Virus record (IMG/VR): IMGVR_UViG_3300007735_000799
Coordinates: 1-64,000 of that record
Direction: 5' to 3' (one strand)
DNA from: a virus
Length of the DNA stretch: 64,000 nt
The stretch's first letter is position 1, and each line of letters opens with the position of its first letter. The notes under the pieces are model-generated. The model had not been told where the DNA came from. It did not search any database and saw nothing but the letters and a program-made list of their open reading frames with translations. Below, in pieces: positions 9,423 through 19,367 of this stretch. Both the position numbers and the translations under genes were made by a program.

Positions 9423-12422
9423 TCATTTCTCCGGATTGTGTCCCCATATTTTCAGGGCTAGTAGTTTACGAGTCGGTTCGCCTTTATCATCACGAAGTGG
9501 CCCCTTGGCTCCCTTCATGCGACTGATAAACGAGATTTGTTTGTTTGCCCATTTCCAATCGCCTGCTTGCCAATCATCTTTCTTTTTGCCAAGCATTCGC
9601 ACGATAGCACGAGCAGAGTCGCGTCCCGAGGTGATTTTACCACCACCAGTTCCTGCCTTGCCTGCTTCTTTGCGAGACAACCCCGCTTCTTTACCGCCCT
9701 GCGAATCAATAAAGTTCTGAAGTTCTTTGGCTCCCATGTTTACAAGTTTAGACCATTCCTTGTAGATGCTATCCTTTTCTTCATCATCCATATCTTCAGC
9801 GATAGCATTTTGACCAGGAGTATCTTTGGCGTAAGTTTTACGAATCTTGTTTGTACCAATCTCTAAAACTTCTTTGAAAATTTTTCGTGACAAACTAGCA
9901 GCATCAGTATATTCATAAAGCATCCATTCAAACTCTTCATCTAAAGAAGATGTTGTGGTTTGAGTAGCATGACTAGCATACATCTGCTGCTTCTGCTCTT
10001 GAATGTATATGTCCCAAGCGGTTTGTTCTTCATGTGTGGAAACCTTGGACTGTAGTTCTCGTGCTCGTTCAATGCGATCACTGTATTTACGGATATCATC
10101 AAGTTCTACTACTTGATCTAAAATTTCTTGTATTTCAAAGGCTTCTGATTTTGTTCCAAACTTTTTGGCAAATGCTATGGAATATTTGGAGCGTCTAGTA
10201 GTTTTCTCAGGATCACCAGGCAATTTCTTCCAAGCCTTAGGATCAGAATCAGAACGAGCCTTTCTATCAGCAAATTGCTTTACTCTAGCCTTGGCGTCTG
10301 CTTTACTCAAACCAGAAACATATTTCTTGGGAAGTCCTGTTTCCTTATCTTTTGGACTTGCGCGTGCTGCATCTTCACTCACGATAAACTCCTCATTTTT
10401 AGATTCTGGTTTGGCGGCTGACATATCTTTTGGATCTACCTGCATTCCTGTTTGACGCAAGAAGCGAAGACCAATAAGAACTTTGTATTCCATATGACTT
10501 CGGTTAGCCAGAGAAAACTTTACATTCTTGTACTCACGACCACCAAACTCTACATCCATCAAAACTATCGGACGAATTTCTCGTTCTTCTGTTCCGCCGC
10601 GCTTAATCTTAATACGACTAACGATAGTCTTGTTTAAACTCTTACCGTTTATCTTAAACGAAACTGTGTGATTCTTTTCGTTAATCTTTATATCTGTAGC
10701 ATCAATAGAATTGTAACCGCTGTTGCCGGTATCAATCTTTGCGTTGTATTCTACACCATCAACAGTAATACTTTCACTAACAGCCACATTACTGAATAGT
10801 TTCCAGTTTGACTTGTTGCTTACATGCTCAATCAAAGCGTCCATCAAGCCTTGTCCTTCAACTTCTTCGGTTGGCTTGCCGTCTTTGTAAAGTGTATAAA
10901 CATTACCGCTTCCTGGCGAAGCGTTCATTTCAATAATGTAAGGTTTGCCGTCTACAACCACATGGTCAACACCAACATAATAACACTTACTTACCAAAGC
11001 AACCTTTTCCACAAGTTCAATCTCTTCTGGACTTAGTTTAAATGCTCCCCCTGAGGAACCCCTAGCAATATTAGTTCTGAAATCGCCTTTAGCCTTGTCA
11101 CGCTTTGCACAGGCGAATATCTTGCCGTTGAGCACGATTGAACGAACATCGTTCTTGAAACCTGGCAAAAACTCTTGGAGGATAACTTCTGCACCAAACT
11201 TCCATAGAGACTGAAGAACAGAACGCAAAGACTTTTCGCTTTCAATAATTGAAACGCCAATACCTTCTGCGCCTGTAACAGTCTTAACCACAACAGGATA
11301 CTTTCCGCCAATAGCCTTCATAGCATTTGCCACTGAATCTTCATTGGAAACAAATGCAGTTCGTGGGTGTGGCAGGTTATACTTCTGAAGGGCTAGAGCA
11401 GTCTGCAACTTGTTTGCACAAATCTCCATAGCACCCTTTTCGTTAACCATGAACACACCATTGTTCTGTAGAATTGTAGCGAGACCAATACCAAGTTCAG
11501 AATTCATTACACCGCCACGCACAAAACATAGGGTGTTCTGTGGTTTAATCACAATCTTCTTGGTGTCTTCGCCTTCAGTAATTTGAATGGTAACTTTATC
11601 GCCGCTGGCTTCCATTGAATTGATGAGAGCATACTTCATCTTGATTACATGAAATTCTATGCCCTTTTTCTTGCAGGACTTTTCCATCTTCTCAATTGAA
11701 GAGCCTTCTGTGCCACCTTCAGCAGAAGTCAAGCAAAGCAAAGTTACATCAGATGACTTTTCTTCCCATAGCCATTCTTCTTTTAATTGCATGCCCTTCT
11801 TGACTGCCATGAAAATCTTCTTGGCTTCAGCATCCTTCACATGCGCGGGTACGCCTGCGCGGAACGCATCAAAGTCTCCGTCAAATACTGCTTTACGCAT
11901 CTTGGATGCTGACATGCCTTGCACACCTTCTGCATCAGGATCACGAGCACCAGCACTAATAACCTTGAAGTCTGAGAACTTGTAGCCCTCGGTACTCTTG
12001 GGATCAAGATCAATGTATTGCTTAATCTTGTTGTATTCTGCCACATGATCTGCGCCTGTGACAATACGAACTTTAGTGTAGCCAGCATCACTCAACTTCT
12101 GTGCAATAGCATAAGGCCCCGCAACCGTCTTGCCATCCTTGTTTGGGAAAGGTTTTGGCATCAGTTGAAACTTCATCTTGGGAAAGAACTTCTTTAAAGT
12201 CTCAAGTTTAGTTTTTGCGTCTAGCGGATTCTTCTTTGGATCTTGCGAGTAGGAAGCGTAAATGCAAAACTCAGCACCAATCTTTTGGGCTTCTTCCATC
12301 ACCTTGTTTACAAGAACTTCGTGTCCTGTGGTTGGTGGATTGAAGCGTCCAACACCAATAACTATAGATTTCTCTTTCTTAGGTGCTTCGGTAATGATCT
12401 GTGTAATTTTTTTCACTTCCAT
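9423..12422 (-). CDS. 999-aa multidomain protein: HIGH-type cytidylyltransferase-like + RimK ATP-grasp + RimB-like retropepsin protease + DUF3140-like C-terminus
   Basis: GRFNPPTTGH and MSASKMR; NKLQT..ALQKYNLPHPRT, VVKTVTGAEGIGV, ILQEFL, DFRTNIARG, IIEMNASPG; AKIDTG and RSHMEYKVLIG; VNMGAKEL...GRDSAR...LKIWGHNP. Confidence 0.8.
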   Translation of the reverse strand: MEVKKITQIITEAPKKEKSIVIGVGRFNPPTTGHEVLVNKVMEEAQKIGAEFCIYASYSQDPKKNPLDAKTKLETLKKFFPKMKFQLMPKPFPNKDGKTVAGPYAIAQKLSDAGYTKVRIVTGADHVAEYNKIKQYIDLDPKSTEGYKFSDFKVISAGARDPDAEGVQGMSASKMRKAVFDGDFDAFRAGVPAHVKDAEAKKIFMAVKKGMQLKEEWLWEEKSSDVTLLCLTSAEGGTEGSSIEKMEKSCKKKGIEFHVIKMKYALINSMEASGDKVTIQITEGEDTKKIVIKPQNTLCFVRGGVMNSELGIGLATILQNNGVFMVNEKGAMEICANKLQTALALQKYNLPHPRTAFVSNEDSVANAMKAIGGKYPVVVKTVTGAEGIGVSIIESEKSLRSVLQSLWKFGAEVILQEFLPGFKNDVRSIVLNGKIFACAKRDKAKGDFRTNIARGSSGGAFKLSPEEIELVEKVALVSKCYYVGVDHVVVDGKPYIIEMNASPGSGNVYTLYKDGKPTEEVEGQGLMDALIEHVSNKSNWKLFSNVAVSESITVDGVEYNAKIDTGNSGYNSIDATDIKINEKNHTVSFKINGKSLNKTIVSRIKIKRGGTEEREIRPIVLMDVEFGGREYKNVKFSLANRSHMEYKVLIGLRFLRQTGMQVDPKDMSAAKPESKNEEFIVSEDAARASPKDKETGLPKKYVSGLSKADAKARVKQFADRKARSDSDPKAWKKLPGDPEKTTRRSKYSIAFAKKFGTKSEAFEIQEILDQVVELDDIRKYSDRIERARELQSKVSTHEEQTAWDIYIQEQKQQMYASHATQTTTSSLDEEFEWMLYEYTDAASLSRKIFKEVLEIGTNKIRKTYAKDTPGQNAIAEDMDDEEKDSIYKEWSKLVNMGAKELQNFIDSQGGKEAGLSRKEAGKAGTGGGKITSGRDSARAIVRMLGKKKDDWQAGDWKWANKQISFISRMKGAKGPLRDDKGEPTRKLLALKIWGHNPEK

Positions 12423-13642
12423 TCCTTTGCTAGATTAAAGTTGTTCTTGGAGAACTCGTTGCGATCAACAAGTTTCACAATACTACATGTCTTACCACAA
12501 ACTGCTACGAAACCTTCAGGTGCGGTTGGACGATATCCGTCCTTGTCTGCAATAAAGGTTGAGACACTTTGGGTAAGAGAAAGTTTAGAGATAACCAAAC
12601 TCTTAGCCTTGGCTATGAGTGCGTGAAGTGCAAATAGTTTATCAATTTGAGAAGCGTAAGCCTGTAGATACTTGGTGATTCTCGCGCCTTTTTCCTGCTT
12701 CTCTTTCTTCTTAACTTCAGTTTTTAGTGCGTCTGCTTCAGTAGCAAGACGAGCCTGAATGAATGTTGCAAGACCGTTTGTGGTATTGTTTGAAAGTCCT
12801 GCTCGTACTGTGGCGTTGATATACTGCGACACATACTCGGATGCTTCACTCTTGTTGAATGAACCTAAAGCAGACTTCAAGTTCTTGGCTTCCGCCTCAA
12901 TCTGTTTTGTGAGAACAGCAATCTGTTTTTCTTCTGAGGTTTGAAGCAAAAGATTCTTTGGTAGAGTTGGAACCTTGGCATCCACAACCCATACTCCTGT
13001 GGATGTTCCCATTGCAGGAACACCAGGCGACCATGATCCGCGCTCTTTAGGATCGCCACTACCACTCCATTTAGTATGGAACACAATACCAAACTTAGCA
13101 GCGGCTACTTCTATTCCTGTGGGACTATCCGCAGGAACAGCGTATGTAATTGTGTTAGGACGGAAGGTGATGTAACTCTTGCCGTCAATAGTTTCTTTTT
13201 TCTTCTCGCCTTGTGTAAACAGCAAGTCGCCCCAAACCATGCCCTTGATGTTTAGTGGCTTTAGATACTTTAAAGCGTCTATTAGTTTAGCAACCACACC
13301 ACCTTCGTGGTTGGCTTTGATATCTGCTTCTGTATAGTTAACTTTTGAAGTCTTAGAAAAGAAAGACTTGGTAGCCACAAAGAACTTTTTAGTGTCAGGA
13401 TGAATGCCTGCAATAAGAGCAGGAGCCCCGTCCCATTTTGTGGATACATTCAAAGACGGAACAGCCTTTCCTGTTGAGGAAACGCCGCTAACAACATCTT
13501 TTAAAATTTTAATGGATGCTTGTAACCCATCCCAACCCTGCTCAAACATACCGTCTTCAAGGTGGCTAATGTGACCACCTTTGTTTTCTTTAACGGCTTC
13601 TGTTATGGATTCAGGAGTTGAAAATGAAGAAAAGTTTAGCAT
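12413..13642 (-). CDS. Conserved T4-like hypothetical protein (DUF6267-like)
   Basis: GHISHLED...STKWDGAPA...FVATKSFF...PEGFV motifs; ATAAATA at 13649-13655. Confidence 0.65.
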   Translation of the reverse strand: MLNFSSFSTPESITEAVKENKGGHISHLEDGMFEQGWDGLQASIKILKDVVSGVSSTGKAVPSLNVSTKWDGAPALIAGIHPDTKKFFVATKSFFSKTSKVNYTEADIKANHEGGVVAKLIDALKYLKPLNIKGMVWGDLLFTQGEKKKETIDGKSYITFRPNTITYAVPADSPTGIEVAAAKFGIVFHTKWSGSGDPKERGSWSPGVPAMGTSTGVWVVDAKVPTLPKNLLLQTSEEKQIAVLTKQIEAEAKNLKSALGSFNKSEASEYVSQYINATVRAGLSNNTTNGLATFIQARLATEADALKTEVKKKEKQEKGARITKYLQAYASQIDKLFALHALIAKAKSLVISKLSLTQSVSTFIADKDGYRPTAPEGFVAVCGKTCSIVKLVDRNEFSKNNFNLAKEWK

Positions 13643-13663
13643 ATAACATATTTATGCTAATCT

Positions 13664-14173
13664 TCACTCCTCCTCCACCCATCTTGACCAAGTTTTCGGG
13701 CCCATATGGTCAATGATAGTCATTACAATCATCTTCCTGTTGGGAACAATAGGAGGCTTGGCTAGAGGCATCTTGGCTTCCTGTGGGGTTCGGTTAGCCT
13801 TCCTGTAGTTGCATCTACGGCAGGAAGCCACCACATTCTTCCACTCAAACTTACCACCACGGCTAGCAGGCAACACATGGTCAATGGTTCCGTTGGCGGC
13901 ATTCAAGGTGCAACCACAATACTGACATTCAAACTTGTCACGACGAAACACTCCTTTACGAGTTGCTCCCTTGACCCTATACGGCAGGTTCACATACTCC
14001 ACCAACACAATTGCGGTGGGTAGTTCATAGTGCCCTCGGGGTGTGGGAATACGATAGAAGTCATCGTGACCATAAGGCTTGGCGGCTTTTCCTGAACACA
14101 GGAGATTAACCGCCCGCTTCCAATCAATCACATTTAAGACTTCCTCGCTAGCGTTTAGGAGGAGAACCTTCAA
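13664..14173 (-). CDS. HNH endonuclease (McrA-like)
   Basis: VFRRDKFECQYCG...TIDHVLPASRGG..W.NVVASCRRCNYRK. Confidence 0.9.
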   Translation of the reverse strand: MKVLLLNASEEVLNVIDWKRAVNLLCSGKAAKPYGHDDFYRIPTPRGHYELPTAIVLVEYVNLPYRVKGATRKGVFRRDKFECQYCGCTLNAANGTIDHVLPASRGGKFEWKNVVASCRRCNYRKANRTPQEAKMPLAKPPIVPNRKMIVMTIIDHMGPKTWSRWVEEE

Positions 14174-14176
14174 GGT

Positions 14177-14533
14177 TTAGCCCTTCAGAAGTTGAGGGTT
14201 GGTGTCCTGTTCCATCTCTTGATTGAACAGATTGATTTCTTCCTGCTCATCCTTAATGATGGCATACACTTCGCCCTTGAAGCAAATAGCCAGTGCATCA
14301 TCATTCTCTGTCATAAGAGTAATGTATCCACCAACAACTACACGATCACCCTTTTGAATTGGGAAAGGATCGGGCTGACGAGCAAAAGAAAAGTTTCTTC
14401 CATCGCCGCCAACAGGCTGAGGAGCAAATGGTTGCTGTCCTGCGGAATAAACAATTCCTTCAAAAGCCTCACCTGGCTTAATCTTAGTGCGATCAACTTT
14501 TACGATAACATAATCAGTGTTTGGAATAAGCAT
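14177..14533 (-). CDS. GroES-like co-chaperonin (gp31-like, extended loop)
   Basis: LIPNTDYVIVK...GIVYSAG...IQKGDRVVV pattern. Confidence 0.5.
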   Translation of the reverse strand: MLIPNTDYVIVKVDRTKIKPGEAFEGIVYSAGQQPFAPQPVGGDGRNFSFARQPDPFPIQKGDRVVVGGYITLMTENDDALAICFKGEVYAIIKDEQEEINLFNQEMEQDTNPQLLKG

Positions 14534-14558
14534 TGTATTTTCTCCTTTAAGTATCTAG

Positions 14559-14632
14559 TAGGAGTGCCAGGATTCGAACCTGTTCCAACCGGGTATAAAC
14601 CGATCTGGGCCAACCAAAGACCCCCCACTCCC
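14559..14632 (-). tRNA. tRNA-Ile(UAU), atypical D arm
   Basis: Acceptor GGGAGTG/CACTCCT; anticodon arm ATCGG-TTTATAC-CCGGT; TTCGAAT T-loop. Confidence 0.7.
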
Positions 14633-14633
14633 A

Positions 14634-14891
14634 TTATTCTTTCTCAGTATTCTCCATCACAAGAACCACGCGAGACTTCTTGTTTGCAACATGACCCGAT
14701 TCTGTCTTGATGAGATAGTTACTCTTTTGCCGATCATCATCGTGACCAAGACGATAGTTAATTTCTGTCAGAACATTTCCATTAACAACAGGAGTAATAT
14801 TGTCAACAAGCATGGCAACAATAGTCTCCGACAAGGCTGCTGCGGTAGCCTCGTTTGTGTTCAGGGGAATATCAATGTGAAGTCGGAACAT
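14634..14891 (-). CDS. Hypothetical protein
   Basis: 85-aa ORF between the helicase and the tRNA. Confidence 0.5.
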   Translation of the reverse strand: MFRLHIDIPLNTNEATAAALSETIVAMLVDNITPVVNGNVLTEINYRLGHDDDRQKSNYLIKTESGHVANKKSRVVLVMENTEKE

Positions 14892-14921
14892 GTGTCTATT
14901 ATATCTCTTATTACTGATGTG

Positions 14922-16340
14922 TCAAGACCAATCAGCAAAATCTCTCTTTTTAAATTTGTCGGTCATGCGTTCACGAAAACTTTTAAATTCTCCTGTTTCT
15001 TCATCTTCATCGGTCTTTTCAGGCATGTTAATAATTCCGCGTTGAGCAGATTCATCCAAGTCAAAAAGTTTCATTTTGCTGCGATCAATACCAACCACGA
15101 ATCGGCGATTTGCCGCAGGATCAGCATAACGATTCTTAAGTTGCTTAATCATAATTTGACCAAGCCCCTGAAGTTCTTCGGTTGAAACCAAGGCAAACAT
15201 GAAATCGGCGGTTTGTGGTAGACCGAACGATTCGCTGGTATCAGTTAGTTCAACATCCGTGCTAGAGAATCCTGAACGATTGGTTTGTGTTGCAGTAAAG
15301 ATAGGCACACCGGTTTCAACCGCAAGACCGCGCAACTCTTCAGCAATTGCCTTGATAAAGGTGTACGAATTCACCGTGGCACTCTGCTTCATGCGAGCCG
15401 ACGCACAGATATTCAGGTAATCAATAAAGATAATCTCAGGTGTAAAATTACGCTTGAGACGAAGTTCATCTAATAGATGCTTGAAGTGCATGGCACTTGC
15501 TGTCGCGGTAGGATACTCTTTGATAATGAGTTTACCTGTAGTTTGTTCCATGATACGATTCAATTTTCGGTCGTAGATATCCTTGGGCAAAGCCTTCAGA
15601 TCGTCTAGAGCGGTATCCATTAGATTAGCATCAATACGCTCTGCAATTCGCTCTTCTGCCATTTCGCAAGTAATGTACAAAACATTCTTGCCTTGCATCA
15701 GACAGTTAGCCGCATGATGACACAAGAATAGAGACTTACCGACACCAGTGCCTGCGAGACATACATTCAAGGTCTTGTAAGGCGTACCGTTGTTTGTAAT
15801 CTTGTTAAGCAGATCAATATCAAACGGAATACGCTTCTCTACGGTATGATAGAAGTGATATCGCTTGTCTGCATCTTCAATGAAATCGTGACCGATATGA
15901 GTATCAAAACTAACTGCAAGAGCAGTAGAAAGGATACTTGGAATAGCAGTCTTCGTTTTGTCTTTGGACTTTCCATCAATAATTTGAATGGATTCCATGA
16001 TGCCATTATAGAGTGCCTTTTCTTTGCAGAACTCTTCGGTATTGTCTAGCAACCATTGAGTTTCCAACTTATCGTGAGTCTTGAATGACTTGATGATATC
16101 CCGAATAGCCTTGAATTCAGTTTCGCTTAAGTTGTCTCGCTTGCTCAAATCAATAAGAAGACTCTCAACTGTGGGCTGCTTGTTGTACTTGGTATAAAAA
16201 GTACTGATACAATCGTAGATGACTCGCTCATCCCGCTCTGTAAAGTATTCAGGCTTTAAAAACGGAAGAACCTTGCGCCCGTACTCTTCATCGTGGAGTA
16301 GAGTTCGCAGAATGAGAATTTCTGTTCTATCGTTAGTCAT
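14922..16340 (-). CDS. 41: Replicative DNA helicase (T4 gp41-like)
   Basis: Walker A AGTGVGKS; IFIDYLNI; ATQTNRSG; SESFGLPQTADFM; QLKNRY. Confidence 0.97.
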   Translation of the reverse strand: MTNDRTEILILRTLLHDEEYGRKVLPFLKPEYFTERDERVIYDCISTFYTKYNKQPTVESLLIDLSKRDNLSETEFKAIRDIIKSFKTHDKLETQWLLDNTEEFCKEKALYNGIMESIQIIDGKSKDKTKTAIPSILSTALAVSFDTHIGHDFIEDADKRYHFYHTVEKRIPFDIDLLNKITNNGTPYKTLNVCLAGTGVGKSLFLCHHAANCLMQGKNVLYITCEMAEERIAERIDANLMDTALDDLKALPKDIYDRKLNRIMEQTTGKLIIKEYPTATASAMHFKHLLDELRLKRNFTPEIIFIDYLNICASARMKQSATVNSYTFIKAIAEELRGLAVETGVPIFTATQTNRSGFSSTDVELTDTSESFGLPQTADFMFALVSTEELQGLGQIMIKQLKNRYADPAANRRFVVGIDRSKMKLFDLDESAQRGIINMPEKTDEDEETGEFKSFRERMTDKFKKRDFADWS

Positions 16341-16347
16341 TAGTCCT

Positions 16348-16375
16348 AATATACAGCCAAACGGCTGAAAGTCAA
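16348..16375 (-). promoter_or_regulatory. Sigma70-like promoter for the helicase
   Basis: TTGACT-N16-TATATT; spacer holds a CAGCC/GGCTG inverted repeat. Confidence 0.55.
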
Positions 16376-16839
16376 GAGAACTTCTTTACACAATCCAAAA
16401 TAAAATCAGAGCAAACGGCTCCAAAACCAGTATTATTGTAAGACTCTACCGATTCTTTAGAAAGTAGAGGAATGATGCACTTAGAATTCATACGATTTGT
16501 TAAATCGTGTGACCAAATCCAACCATTACTTACAAGTGTGAACCTATCGGATTCGTGGCAAAAATACCGAACAGGTTGCATTAAAGGTCTTTGAAAAATC
16601 CATTGGAGAGCGGCGTATTCCTTGACATGAACCCAAAGGCGTTCACGGCGTTGCCAAAGCCACTCCTCGGTCACAGGATACTGAGCGTAATCGTGACCTA
16701 GATGAGGCTGTTCATTCTTCATACGCAAATCTATCTCTACATCATAACCTGCATCAATGGCTTCTTGAATGTAATCCAATGCGTTTTCACGCTCAGGAAT
16801 AATACCGTCAATGTTTCCTCGGTGAGAAATGTAAATCAC
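16372..16839 (-). CDS. Glycerophosphodiester phosphodiesterase-like protein
   Basis: ISHRGN...EN...GYDVEIDLR...HLGHD. Confidence 0.75.
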   Translation of the reverse strand: MIYISHRGNIDGIIPERENALDYIQEAIDAGYDVEIDLRMKNEQPHLGHDYAQYPVTEEWLWQRRERLWVHVKEYAALQWIFQRPLMQPVRYFCHESDRFTLVSNGWIWSHDLTNRMNSKCIIPLLSKESVESYNNTGFGAVCSDFILDCVKKFS

Positions 16840-17150
16840 GGTAGTTCCTCAATTCTAACGCTTTTGTCTTCAATAAACAAATCGTAATACGGTTTGTCGC
16901 AACGCAGATCGTGATATCTTGCTCCCCAATCCTCTAACTGCTGCTTGGTTAGATCATACCAATCTATTCCACTTCGGCTTCCACGAGCAGTCCAATAGAT
17001 GATAGTATTTCCCTGATCGTAGAGAGCGTTCACCTTCTGAATGTTCTCAATGATAGGCTTTGCTTTCTTATACTCTCGGGGATGATCTGGAGTAATGCAA
17101 ATAGTTTCATCAATATCCACAAATATAATTTTAGTCATTATGATAAGCAT
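16836..17150 (-). CDS. HAD-family phosphatase (capsule-locus type)
   Basis: FVDIDETIC, WTARG, KPYYDLFIEDK. Confidence 0.85.
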   Translation of the reverse strand: MLIIMTKIIFVDIDETICITPDHPREYKKAKPIIENIQKVNALYDQGNTIIYWTARGSRSGIDWYDLTKQQLEDWGARYHDLRCDKPYYDLFIEDKSVRIEELP

Positions 17151-17958
17151 CCCAATAAAAATAACAACTCATCAAATCATCTATGCTCTTTACTTGCTTT
17201 CCCTTTACAATGGTTGCCCACGCTTCAAAGTTCTCTACTTCTTCAGGAGTTCCAAATACAGTAACAAAAGGAGTATCGTAGTATCCAACCTTCAAAGCAT
17301 CTTGAATTAAAAGATTATACACCAAGGTTACATAGAACTCGCCATTGTATTGAATTCCCTTCTCCATAGCAAGATCAAAATACTTCTTGATATACGAACC
17401 CTTCTTGAAGTAATACACTCCTGTGGAGGCGTGTTCATTCATAGGATTATCTGTATAGCAAGCCTTCTCTTTAATTTCTGAAAAGAATGGCGTGTTTGGA
17501 ATATCTTTAACAAAAGCCATCTTAGTTTGTGCTAAAGTGTGTGGGTGGAATCCGCTGTGTGTAAGAACACATCCGTCCATATCATAACGATGCACATGAT
17601 CTTCAAAATGATAACGATCCCAAAGATATGGATTGTCACAATACGAAACAATAACTTCTTCGTCGTCCTTAATGTGTTCGTAAACTGCCTTCACAGTCCA
17701 AACAGGGCCCAACTTGTGTTGAGGCATAGAAACGATAGTTGCATTGGGCTTTAGCGAAAGCAACACATCTCGCATATCAGTTGTAGCAAGATGCGTATCA
17801 TTGCATATGAATACAAATTCGTCATCCTCATCATCAAACATCTCTAGAATGTATTCAATGATGCGCTTTCCATTCACACGAATAAGAGGTTTGGGGTCAG
17901 GATATCCCTTCTCAACAAACCGATTTCCGGTTCCTGCCATCGGCACAATAATCTTCAT
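17131..17958 (-). CDS. Sugar-phosphate nucleotidyltransferase
   Basis: IVPMAGTGNRF..GY..PKPLI; ASTGVYYF; NGEFYV. Confidence 0.85.
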   Translation of the reverse strand: MKIIVPMAGTGNRFVEKGYPDPKPLIRVNGKRIIEYILEMFDDEDDEFVFICNDTHLATTDMRDVLLSLKPNATIVSMPQHKLGPVWTVKAVYEHIKDDEEVIVSYCDNPYLWDRYHFEDHVHRYDMDGCVLTHSGFHPHTLAQTKMAFVKDIPNTPFFSEIKEKACYTDNPMNEHASTGVYYFKKGSYIKKYFDLAMEKGIQYNGEFYVTLVYNLLIQDALKVGYYDTPFVTVFGTPEEVENFEAWATIVKGKQVKSIDDLMSCYFYWDAYHND

Positions 17959-19367
17959 ACTAAAGCCTTTCTAAATTGTTCAGACGACAGGTTGTTTAAT
18001 TTCTGCACTTCTTCGGAACTCAAAAAGTTTGGTGTCAGGCAAGCACCAGTCATCAGATGTAGTATGTAGTTGTTTGTTGATGACATTTCGTTTGGAAAAA
18101 CGGCAGCATCTGGAAAAAGAGGAAGATTTATTTTTGAATCTTCAAAATCCAATAAACTATCCACATGATTTACCAACCATCTTTTGCAACGATTGTTTAT
18201 TTTCTCAGTAATCTCCATAGCATCTTCATGGGTTTCTGCACCAACAATCAATCCATGATTCTGAAGGAACAAAACATTATTACCTGTTTGTTTTGGAATT
18301 ATCCTGTTGACTAATTCATATCCTGGTGTTGTGTATTCCACAAACTCATATGGGATATCCTTAAACAAAGTTTTTAATAATCCTTCTCCTTCAATACTAC
18401 ACAATAGAGCATTTAGATGCACAGGGTGCGTGTGTATCACAACTTTGTTTGGTAGTGAAATATGGAATCCTGTTTCCATAGATGGGCGGGATTCACCAAT
18501 CTTCTTGGAACTATTGATGTAAGTATTGTAATGAATCTCATCTGTGAATGCGGTGATTGCTTGGGAATTTATATCACAAACACAAAACCCGTGATACAAA
18601 TTGATATCTCCCATCTTTGCACCAGAAGATTTTATAATCATACCACCATCAGATTTAACAGATACATTACCTCCCCTCCCCTGAACGAGAGAAGGATCTA
18701 ATCCTAGCCATTTACAGATTTGCAGGAACTGACTAGCAGACTCATAAAAATCTTTCACCAATTTCATAAACGCTTCTCCCTTTCCTGTTACAGAAAAGTA
18801 CAGCAAAGAAATTGCGTAATGTTGATCTTTGGTAAATTTTATAATTACATCAGCATTATGTTTTTGTGGAGTTATGAAATTGTTTTCATCTCCTTGTCGT
18901 CTTTGCAAAGCATCCAAAACTTCGGATTGGCTATATCCTCGTTTCTTTGTATCGCGTTTAAATTTCCATTCAATCTTCAAGTCTTCGTCTGTATCCACAT
19001 AGATGCTCAAATCAGACATCTCTAATGTTGGCTTATGATAAAGAGCATGCAACCCTTCGTAAATAATATTTGATTTTGGTTCTATGGTTACAGCAGAATC
19101 AAATTTTCCCGTGTCGTGATTATAAAAATTTCTTTGAATTGATCTGCCTTGCTTTAATTCAGAAAGATGTGTGTAACCCAATTCTAAATCGTTAGCATCA
19201 GGATTTAAATGCGTAATAGTCTTCCATATGGGATTTCCCCTTTCCCATTTGTGAAGATCATCTCCGCTAAGGCAAAGACAATCCTTTGTTCCAAGAACAC
19301 TTTGAATTATTCTGGATATTGTGGTTTTACCCACACCAGAACTACCTGAAATGCAAATTAGATTCAT
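17955..19367 (-). CDS. Uridine kinase/PRK-like P-loop kinase fused to class II aldolase domain
   Basis: ISGSSGVGKTT, GDDLHKW, YEGLHA; GGNVSVK, PSMETGFH, VIHTHP, LQNHG; ORF track start 19433. Confidence 0.85.
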   Translation of the reverse strand: MNLICISGSSGVGKTTISRIIQSVLGTKDCLCLSGDDLHKWERGNPIWKTITHLNPDANDLELGYTHLSELKQGRSIQRNFYNHDTGKFDSAVTIEPKSNIIYEGLHALYHKPTLEMSDLSIYVDTDEDLKIEWKFKRDTKKRGYSQSEVLDALQRRQGDENNFITPQKHNADVIIKFTKDQHYAISLLYFSVTGKGEAFMKLVKDFYESASQFLQICKWLGLDPSLVQGRGGNVSVKSDGGMIIKSSGAKMGDINLYHGFCVCDINSQAITAFTDEIHYNTYINSSKKIGESRPSMETGFHISLPNKVVIHTHPVHLNALLCSIEGEGLLKTLFKDIPYEFVEYTTPGYELVNRIIPKQTGNNVLFLQNHGLIVGAETHEDAMEITEKINNRCKRWLVNHVDSLLDFEDSKINLPLFPDAAVFPNEMSSTNNYILHLMTGACLTPNFLSSEEVQKLNNLSSEQFRKALV

